DNA from: an uncultured Candidatus Saccharibacteria bacterium
Lineage (GTDB): Bacteria; Patescibacteriota; Saccharimonadia; Saccharimonadales; Saccharimonadaceae
Reading direction: 5' to 3'
NCBI GenBank assembly: GCA_916438855.1
Contig: CAKAFW010000001.1
Coordinates: 241,877-305,876 of the forward strand
Length of the DNA: 64,000 nucleotides
Numbering within the stretch: the first letter of the stretch is position 1; each line of letters starts with the position of its first letter. The notes under the pieces were generated by a model, which was not told the DNA's origin, made no database searches, and saw nothing but the letters and a program-made list of their open reading frames with translations. Below are positions 55,483 to 64,000 of this stretch, piece after piece. The position numbers were made by a program, and so were the translations under genes.

Positions 55483-56797
55483 ATGAAAGATACTCTTGTA
55501 AAACAGATTCGTGCGCTACTACCCGCCCGCGCCGTTCGTGGGCTGGAAGAAGCCTACCGCCGCACCCGCATTGCCCTAGTGGCAGCGCGCTATGGCAACC
55601 CAGCTCGGCACCTGCGCGTAATTGCCGTGACCGGCACCAATGGCAAAACCACAACCATTAATTATATTAACGAAATCTTAAAGGCTGGCGGCTACCGCAC
55701 GGCAATGTTTTCGACCGCGCTGATTGAGGTTGATGGCCAGCGCCAGCTGAATGACCTGAACGCCACGGTGGGGAGCACCGCCCGTATGCAGCAGTTTTTG
55801 CCCAGGCCCGCGATGCCCATGTAGACTATGTGGTGCTGGAAATCACCAGCCACGCACTGGATCAGCACAAGCTTGACGGTGTGCCGATTGAGGTCGCGGC
55901 CATGACCAATCTTACCCAAGACCACCTAGACTACCACAAGACAATGGAGCAGTACGCGGCGGCGAAGGGTAAGTTATTCGCCCGCACGCCGCGCTATATT
56001 GTGCTGAACCGGGATGATGAGTGGTTTGCCTTCTTCGATAAATACCAAGCCAGCGAGCAAAAATCACCTATGGCCGCGACGCTGATGCCGATGCCCGTAT
56101 AGCCCACACTAAGCTATACAAAAAGGGTAGCGAAGCCCGCCTGGAGTTTGACGGCCAAGCGCCAGTAGAGCTAGCTACCTACTTGCCTGGAATGTTTAAT
56201 ATATACAACATGGCGGCGGCGGCCAGTGTGGCGCACCTGCTGGGGGTAAGTAGCAAGGATATCATCACCGGCGTGGCAAACCTAGAGGGCGTGCCTGGGC
56301 GGTTTGAGCGTATTACCGCCGGCCAGCCCTACGATGTAATTGTGGATTATGCCCACACACCGGATGCGCTGGAGCAACTGCTAGCATCCACCAAGCGCAT
56401 TACCAAGGGTCGGGTACTGCTGGTATTTGGCGCTACGGGTGACCGCGACAAAGCCAAGCGCCCGATTATGGGCGGGATTGCTGCCCGGCTGGCTGACCGT
56501 ATATTTGTGACGGATGAAGAAAGTTATAACGAAGACCCCGGTGTGATTCGCCAGGCTTTGATGCAGGGCATTACTAAGGAGGGCGCCCAGGCCAAGACGG
56601 AAGAAATTGCTGACCGCCGGGCTGCCATTGCGGCTGCGCTGAAAGCAGCCCGCCCTGGTGATACGGTGCTGATTACCGGCATGGGGCACGAGCAGTTCCG
56701 TATTATTAACGGCCAGCGCCAACCCTGGAATGATGGCCAGATTGTGCGTGAACTTCTGCATCAGTCTGCAGCCAGCACCACAGATACGCACGCCTAG
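55483..56797 (+). CDS. murE: UDP-MurNAc-tripeptide synthetase MurE (frameshifted)
   Basis: VTGTNGKTT, EITSHAL, TNLTQDHLDYH, VDYAHTPD, GDRD and GMGHE motifs. Confidence 0.92.
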
Positions 56798-56849
56798 GTA
56801 GCGTGGGTGCTCTGTGGCACTCAGCATAGCTGTATTGGTCAAAGCGGCT

Positions 56850-57760
56850 TTATTCTTTGCCTGTGGCTAGGTATTCAGCAATCATAGTGCTGTAGGCCAG
56901 CATTTTTTCGTCGTTACACAGGCCAGTGGCAATTTGCGGCGCCCGGTTAACTTCTAGAATGTAGTATTCGCCCGTTGTGGTATCCTGAATCAAATCAACC
57001 CCAGCCACTTCAAGCCGCTCTGCCTTTGGCAGCTTGCTCGGCTATTTTGAATCACATCGCTCGGGATATCCTTCAGGTCAATCATCGTCGGCCGTGCCGC
57101 CTTGCGAGGTATTATTCAGGTGCGAGCCCTCCTTGCCCCTTTCGTAGCAGAACAAGCCGTAGCTTATGCCCAAGCACCAGGAACCGGTAGTCGCCGTTGT
57201 TTGGAATATATTCCTGGATGATCATCGGCACACCTGGTAGGCTCTGCAAAATCTCGTCCATATGCTGGAACGACTGCACCAAAAAGTTATTGTTGCCCTT
57301 GCTGCCGAGATCGGCCTTCATGATAAGCGGGAACTGCAGGCTGCTGTTTTTGACCGCGGCTGCCAAATGCTGCTGGCTCGCGTAGATAGTGCGCGGCGTG
57401 CGGAAGTGCTTTTGGCGTGCAAATGCGCAGGCCAGCTTGCCCCGGCCTTCGGTCAGCAAGTAGCTATCGGTGAACGGCACACCCTTTAGGTGTAAATAAT
57501 GCGCCACCGCAATGCCGTATTCTATGGCGTCGCCTACCTTACGCAGCAGTACCAAATCAAAGTCGGCAATATCGTAGCCCTCGGTAGGGTGGTAGATTGC
57601 GGAGCGTTCGCCATCGGCCACATACACCAGCTGGTCGAGGGCGGTAATCGTCACGTCCACATCATCCAGCAGGCGGCCCAGCCATTCGCTGAGACCATGC
57701 CAATGGAAAGCTCGTCTCATCCGCTGGCTGCGTGCTTACGATTACTAAAACTTTCTTCAT
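56850..57760 (-). CDS. RimK-like ATP-grasp ligase (frameshifted)
   Basis: FPLIMKADLGSKG and IQEYIPNNGDYR; downstream frame gives VAGVDL..ILEVN.AP. Confidence 0.75.
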
Positions 57761-58037
57761 ACTTTTACTCCTTAGTCTACCGTAGTGCCCTTATCATACA
57801 ATATACGGGCCATGTTTGGTAGGTAGCACTGTACCGACATTAGTATTAGCGTTCGGGTGTGTAGCGTCATTCCTAGGTTGCCGTTTGCTGTGAATTTGGC
57901 ACGATGGCAGGCGTAAGCATATTGCATTTTAGTATAAGATGTGGTAATATTACTACATAACGTCACCATAATTTGTGGCTGAATGCAAGCACAAGCCGTG
58001 CCCGGTTATAACTAATAATAGACAAAGGAACCTCACT

Positions 58038-59168
58038 ATGCTACGCCGCCGTCCGCAAGAAAACTCCCCCGCTAAACAGCAGGAAATCAACCAAACGCTG
58101 TCCGCTAACCCCGAGGAGGCTGCTCAGTATGAGCTACTAACAGGCCAAAACTTTGCCGTTTTTGGTGAAACCGGCCGTTGGGATGATGAGTACGTCCGCT
58201 TCCGCCACATACAAGATACCGACCGTATGGTGGCTATACTGGATGGCACAATCGAAAAGCGTGCTATTGAAGACCCGGACAACCCAGAGCGTTCGCATCA
58301 GGCACCAGATAGGGTCATTGCACTTGATAAATCAGGCCGACCACTGAAAGATCTAGCTGCAGCTTTCTGGGACTTGTGTGCTAAAGATGATAGCACTATG
58401 CCGCCATTCGACTTTTTGAACATCGACCGTATGGACTGGTTGCAACGTATGGGCTATACGGCAGCCGAGGCCGAAAGTAGTGCGTCTAAAACGCTTGATA
58501 TGAATGCAGTGAGCCAAGAAGACATTGCCCGCATTCGCGCCTATTTTACTGAAGGTGATTTGCCCGAAGAGAACTGGCAGCAAGCTGTATGGGACATGCC
58601 CACTCGGCTCGATGGCCAGAATATTCTGGTGCTGGATGAAGTGAAGAACAGTGGCGCTACACTAGAGGTAGCTACCAAGTTGATTAAAGCTGCTGTGCCT
58701 GAAGCAACTGTATCTGGCGACTACTTTTGGACCGATAAAACTCAGCGTACGGTAGGCTACGATCAGGCTGAAAGCCAGTACGGTACTGTGCCGATTTGGT
58801 ACAACCGCGACAGTGTGTGGGGTCGTGGTGTGGGTGATGTTGATCCGGCGTACTATGCTCACCAATACGAGCAAGATCCTACTAGCGATCGTCGCAAAGC
58901 TCTATTAGCTGCCTTTGTGCTGAGTGCACCGCATCACGATAAAGAGACCTTTACTCTGCAGGTGGATGAAGCTTATGAGCAATTAACGCGCGATATTCGC
59001 CGAATGGCCTTTGCACTACCAGGGTGGGGATTTGCCGGTTATTCCAAGCCCTGATCGGCCCGATGACAACTGGGATGAACGCATGGCCCTAGTAAGCCAA
59101 AAACTGGCTACGATGTCATGGAACTCACCAGCTATATGCGTTGGCGCGCTGGTCAGAATGAGCAATAG
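58038..59168 (+). CDS. Hypothetical protein with PRTase-like motif (3' end approximate)
   Basis: LDKSGRP and ILVLDEVKNSGATL, similar to a PRPP-binding loop; RBS AAGGA. Confidence 0.6.
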
Positions 59169-59232
59169 TTGATAATATGGCGGTGGCGTCTGCGAGCCTC
59201 GTACCACGATCTTGCCTATTAACACAAAAGTA

Positions 59233-59264
59233 AAACACCCCCGCTTGCTATGAGCGGGGGTTTT
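59233..59264. terminator. Intrinsic terminator
   Basis: cccccgctt-gctat-gagcggggg followed by tttt. Confidence 0.75.
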
Positions 59265-59344
59265 GGGCTAAGCAAATGTAATGATGAGCGCGCCAGTCTG
59301 GCGTTCAACGGCACCCGCGTTGTATGTTAGCGTACAATCGCAGG

Positions 59345-59602
59345 TTATGCCACCAAACTCGACGGTACCATCAACTCGTTAGCCCGTTAGGGCCCCATGG
59401 GCTGCTGTGACGCACTGTTATGGTGCGCCATGCTAGCGGCATAGGGCCAATGCGGGGCATACCGCCCAGCTGCCAGCCGGTACGCACTCTAATGGTGCCG
59501 CCGGGTTCGGGCGCAGCGGGTAGCCCTTGTGTCAAACGCGGGCAGCACTTCGTAGCGGAGGCGCTGCCCACTATTGCTATCGGTAATGGCTGTGATGGCC
59601 AT
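59345..59602 (-). CDS. Small hypothetical protein (frameshifted)
   Basis: TTGCCA-N17-TATAGT promoter (59667-59639), RBS GGAGGT, start MAITAITDSNSGQRLRYEV. Confidence 0.45.
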
Positions 59603-59719
59603 CACCTCCCTTCTATATAGGTGGATAATAGCTTTGTTACTATACCACGCGTACAAGCGCATGGCAAGAAAATCCCCCGCCCGGGGTGCATGATTATACA
59701 TGCGGGGCAGGGGTAGGGG

Positions 59720-59969
59720 CTAGATACCGGTTAAGGTAAAGCCCCCCTTAATGAGGTATGTTATCACCTCCTCTCGGGTGTTTGGCGGTAAGCCATCGAA
59801 AGCGTCGCTCTCGATGGTCAAATAGTGGGTGTCCGGGTACGTGAGCCTAAGCTCACGTGCCAAGCTTTCGTTAAAAGCTTGGCTGCCCCTGGGATGCAGC
59901 CACTAGTGTATACAGGATAATATCCTGCATAATATGACTCGTAATCGTTTCTACCGTTTTATACGTCAC
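59720..59969 (-). CDS. Small hypothetical protein, ~82 aa (one frameshift; absent from the ORF track)
   Basis: TTGCCA-N17-TATAAT promoter (60075-60047), RBS AGGAGG, GTG start, MTYKTVET...IKGGFTLTGI*, then a terminator-like hairpin with a U-tract. Confidence 0.5.
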
Positions 59970-60174
59970 AAAACCCTCCTGGGTTGTACAGGTATTCAAA
60001 GTAACACCCGTAGAATGTACATGCGGCGGATGCGCGCAATGCTTGCATTATAGAATAATTATGCCTTTGTGGCAAGGTGTGTGCGGGTGGGTTATATGGC
60101 TCGTTAACCCCTGTTGGCCAGGGTGGGTCGCGTGGGTAGATCGCGTTGTAGCAGTAAATAATTATAAAAAGTTA

Positions 60175-60203
60175 TTGACTTTTACTAAAGATTGTACTAT
60201 AGT
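60175..60203 (+). promoter_or_regulatory. Sigma70-type promoter
   Basis: TTGACT-N17-TATAGT. Confidence 0.7.
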
Positions 60204-60340
60204 CTACTTATCTGTTCTGTTAGTGTGTGCTAAAAACCTGTGGCTATGTGTGGCTACAGGTGGCATGCCAGGAGCAGACGTTCTTGTACAAGTGCCCCTT
60301 CTTTAATTTAAGAGGGGGCTAGAGAGTTAGGAGACGCTAG

Positions 60341-62092
60341 ATGAGCGTTTTTTTCGTAAGGTTGCAGCAACTGCTGCGGCCTAGTTTTTGACCGCTAGGG
60401 GCGTTCAGCCCCGTAGCCAGTGCTCAGGAGGAACCGGTGGTTGAAACTGTGTCCCCGGCCCCCGAGGTCGCGGACACTACCACCACCCTCCCTCCGGGGA
60501 CGGTGACGGTGGCCCCCAGAGACCGCCTCGCCGTCCAAGTCTCAGGCAGCGGAGCCCAGCTGCGGCTCCCAAGCCTGAGCCCTGCTCCCAGTGGCGGACC
60601 CGGGCAAAGCCGTGGCTGGGCCCCGGCCGCGGAGGGTGCGACAGAATGCACCCCGCGGTGAGCGTCCAGGAGGGTCAATCCCTCCGCAGCTGGTCGAAGG
60701 TAAACATGTGACCTTCGCTGGCTGTGGCATGGAGGCTGGGGAGGTAGCTACGGCTACCTTCCCGGAGAACAGTCGCACTGGCCTTTCAGGAAGGTGTCTA
60801 TGACATCTTTCTGAAAGATTCCAACCGAAGGTTGGGATTATTGAGGCCCAGCCGGGCCAGTGCCACTTTTTCCGCTTTACCGAAAGTGTATCGCATTGGA
60901 ATGCCAATGTGTACACCTCCGTGAAGCAGGTTGAAATCGGTGACCTATCTATAGTCACCGATTTCAACGGGGTCAAAAAGACCCATCGCGTTGGGGACCG
61001 TGTCCTCGATTGCGGTGCTGACTGCCAGCCCCCACGGGAGGCTGGCGCCCACGAAAAAGTGGGCATCGTTCGAGAACAGCGGGGGCAGATTGCTTACCAG
61101 TTGTGGCTGGTAAGTAATGAGAAATACGAGTCGCTTTCACAGATAAAATTGCTGATGGCAAACAGTGAATTCTATCTGCAGTTCTCTTAACCAGTGGCGT
61201 TTTGAGAAACAAAGGGCCGCCGCTCCAACAAGTCCCAGATAGGGGCGAAGTTGGACTCGGTCAAGGCAAGCGTAGACTGCTCGCCGACGGAGTGGCGTGT
61301 CACCTTCACCAACGTCCCGGCCAACACCTGGTTACAGGTGGACGGTTGGGCACAGCCCCTCAACAAGGGGCTTGTAGATGAAGCCCGCGGGCTTCACTAC
61401 TACGGTGATACCGGCACCATTGCCGGTAAGCCGTGGAATGCCCGCGCTTACGTCTTCGGCGGTGGCGGTACCGCGTGGCAGGCGCTGCCACCGGCGCCAA
61501 AAAAACCACACCACCAAGCACGCCGTCGGCACCGTCACGACGCCGGCCACCACGCCGGCTAAACCGAGCAGCACCAAGCCCGCGCCGCCGTCGTCTTCCT
61601 CAAAGACAACGACGCCCAGCAGCTCCACCCCTAAACCACCCGCTACCACCGAGCCTACGCCAGGGCTCAAGCAGTGGCGGTGGCAAGGGCGGCAGCTCCA
61701 GCAGCACCGGCAGCAACTACTTCGGTAGTTCGGCTGGTAGTAGCCAGCGGCTCATCACCGCTGCACTCAGCAGCGGTAACAGCTGGTTACTGAGTTGCTT
61801 CCCCTTCCTGTTTGGATGGGGGAGCGCAGGTGCTGCTGGCTCCGCTGCCGGTAGCAGCAAGGTAGCTCCGGCACCAGCTCGTCCAGCTGCCCCGGTGCAG
61901 CAGGCCCCGGTGATCGGTGCGGTGGAGCAGCCGGCAATTACGCCGGTCGCCCACCAGGCCCCGCAGCCCCAGGCTGCCAGCCGCACAGCCTTGGCCAATA
62001 CCGGCGTTAGCGGGGTGCAAATTGCACTCGCTTTGGCCGGTCTGGCTCTTCTTGGAGGGGCGGCGCTGCTCGTGCAGCGTAAGCGCTCCTAA
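60341..62092 (+). CDS. Surface protein with LAxTG sortase sorting signal (heavily frameshifted)
   Basis: Signal-peptide-like start ending ASA-QEE, Pro/Thr/Ser/Gly-rich stalk, C-terminal LANTG + hydrophobic helix + RKRS. Confidence 0.65.
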
Positions 62093-62107
62093 CTCTCTAT
62101 GTCCATC

Positions 62108-62140
62108 GCCCCGAGCTTCATGGCTCGGGGCCTTCTTTTT
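62108..62140 (+). terminator. Intrinsic terminator
   Basis: gccccgagc-ttcatg-gctcggggc followed by a T-rich tail. Confidence 0.85.
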
Positions 62141-62217
62141 ATTGGCATTATAGCAGCGCCAGCACACGCCGTTACGCCCGTTATAATACCAGGTCCCTAC
62201 AAGCAGAGGCGCGTAAA

Positions 62218-62244
62218 TTAGCACTCTACCCTTGCAAGTGCTAA
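62218..62244 (+). promoter_or_regulatory. CIRCE element (HrcA operator)
   Basis: TTAGCACTC-N9-AAGTGCTAA, one mismatch from consensus, overlapping a TTGCAA-N17-TACAAT promoter. Confidence 0.9.
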
Positions 62245-62303
62245 CTGTTTTGGGTACAATGGGGTTACATAGTTAATTAAACGAACACGGAGGAACACCC
62301 AAC

Positions 62304-62567
62304 ATGAGTTCACCAATCAAACCGCTGGCTAGCCGCGTGGTTGCAACCCGTAAGCAGGCGGAAGAAAAAACGGCCAGTGGCTTATTCTTGCCCGAAAGCT
62401 CGAAAGAAAAACCAGTGCTTGCCACAGTGGTAGCAGTTGGCCCAGAGGTAACGGCAGTCGCGGTGGGTGACACCATTGTGTACAAAGAATACACCACCAC
62501 CGAGCTAACGGTAGATGGCCAGGAATATTTGATTGTGAAGGAAGATGACGTACTGGCAACAGTATAG
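62304..62567 (+). CDS. groES: Co-chaperonin GroES
   Basis: IKPLASRV, KTASGLFLP, VAVGP and EDDVLA motifs. Confidence 0.97.
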   Translation: MSSPIKPLASRVVATRKQAEEKTASGLFLPESSKEKPVLATVVAVGPEVTAVAVGDTIVYKEYTTTELTVDGQEYLIVKEDDVLATV

Positions 62568-62581
62568 AAAGGAGAACGATA

Positions 62582-64000
62582 ATGGCGAAAAAAGTTTTTT
62601 ATGGTGATGATGCCCGTGCCCGCGTACTAGGCGGCGCCGAGGCTCTATACAATGCCGTTAAGGTAACCTACGGCCCCAAGGGCGGTAATGTGGTAGTCAG
62701 CAAAAGCTACGGTGCACCGACCGTAACGCACGATGGTGTAACGGTGGCCGATAGTGTCGACCTACCCGAAAACGACGACGAAACCCTGGGCTACAAAGTT
62801 GGTGCCGAGCTGATTAAGCAAGCTGCTAACAAGCTGAACAAGGTAGCTGGCGATGGTACCACCACTGTAACGGTGCTCACCTACAACATTCTGAAGGAAG
62901 CCAACCGCTTGATTGCCGCTGGCCACAACCCACAGGAACTGCGTAAGGGGATTGAAGAAGCTGGCCGCGAAGTAGTAGCCGAGCTCGAAAAGCTAACCGA
63001 GCCAATCGAAGGCAAGCCAAGCCGCGTGGCCGAGGTAGCGACGATTTCTGCCGGTAGCCAAGAGATTGGTGATTTGATCGCCGAGGTGATTGCCAAGATC
63101 GGCAAAGACGGCGTGGTAACCGTTGAAGCCGGCCAGGCGCTCGAAATGGAAAGCGAAGTGGTCGAGGGCTTTAGCATTGACCGCGGCTTTACCAGTGCAC
63201 TGTTCGTAACGGATGTCAACCGCCAAGAAGCTGTGTTCGAAAAGCCAGCTGTGGTGGTAACGGATAAGAAGCTATCCAGCATTCAGGACGTGGCGCCAAT
63301 CCTGGAGAAGCTGGCCCAAGCGGGTAAGAAGGACCTGGTACTGATTGCCGAAGAAGTTGAGGGCGAAGCTCTGAGCATCATGGTGCTGAATAAGCTCAAG
63401 GGTGTGTTTAATAGCGTCGCCATTAAAGCCCCAAGCTTTGGCGAGCGCCGCAAGGAAGTCTTTGAAGATATTGCTGTGCTGACCGGTGCAACCGTAGTGA
63501 GCGAAGAGCGCGGCATGACATTCGATAACACTGGTATGGAAGTAGTTGGTTCTGCCCGCAAGGTGATCGTTGGCAAGGACGAAAGCACTATTATAGAAGG
63601 CGCCGGTAGCAAAGACGCCGTCGAGGCCCGCATTGCCCAAATCACCATGCAGGCCGAAAACGCCACCAGCAGCTACGACCGCGAGCAGTACGAGCAGCGC
63701 GCCGCAGCCCTGAGTGGCAAGGTTGCCGTTATTAAGGTGGGCGGCGCGCAGCGAGACAGAAATCGACGAGAAGAAGTTCCGCGTTGACGATGCCGTTGCC
63801 GCAACCAAGGCAGCCCTGGCTGAAGGTATTGTGGCCGGCGGTGGCGTTACGCTGGTGAACCTGGCTGGTAGCATTGCAGCCGATGGTACCGATTCGCGCA
63901 GCGCTGGCAAGGTTATCCTGAAGAACGCCCTTAAGCAGCCATTTGTGCAGATTACCACCAACGCTGGCTTCAATAGCCAAGCCCTGCTTGCCCAGGTAGA
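62582..64000 (+). CDS. groEL: Chaperonin GroEL (frameshift near 63750; runs off window)
   Basis: TYGPKG, THDGVTVA, GDGTTT, KAPSFG and VAVIKVG motifs. Confidence 0.97.

Noticed and set aside
1879..64000. Pervasive frameshifts read as pseudogenisation, programmed frameshifting or phase variation
   Set aside because: They hit essential single-copy genes (dnaA, valS, tsaD, murE, groEL), often near homopolymer runs, and motifs are intact on both sides. Sequencing indels are the simplest explanation; read polishing would settle it.
1..64000. Alternative genetic code (TGA read-through) explaining the broken ORFs
   Set aside because: The breaks are frame changes rather than in-frame TGA codons, and TGA serves as a normal stop (e.g. 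50570-50572).

Overview
This 64 kb window is the replication-origin region of a small-genome bacterium, most likely Candidatus Saccharibacteria (TM7, Patescibacteria/CPR). That assignment is inferred from gene content and order. Single-base frameshifts split many genes, including essential ones (dnaA, valS, murE, tsaD, groEL), which most likely reflects uncorrected long-read errors, so many coordinates below span joined ORF fragments. From left to right: (1) manC, yidC-jag, and a 16 kb surface-glycan block (three GT4 enzymes, gtrA/gtrB plus a GT-C-like protein, a pyruvyltransferase, a GT34-like enzyme, wzm/wzt) with sucCD embedded in it; (2) rnpA-rpmH, then dnaA-oriC-dnaN-recF with a clear DnaA-box/DnaA-trio unwinding module; (3) two tandem paralogous four-gene cassettes carrying peptidoglycan-hydrolase domains, downstream of a type IV secretion-like operon (VirB6-like, PrgI, VirB4), followed by an array of six VirB2/TrbC-like pilins with a seventh between two tRNA-Ser genes; (4) housekeeping and cell-wall genes (hsp20, comF, hit, rlmH, valS, femAB, tsaD, murE, an ATP-grasp ligase); (5) an accessory stretch with two small, hairpin-rich genes and a LAxTG-type surface protein behind a structured leader; (6) CIRCE-groES-groEL. 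About a dozen genes have a -10 box only 6-10 nt before the start codon, suggesting near-leaderless mRNAs. No CRISPR array, rRNA or mobile element was seen.
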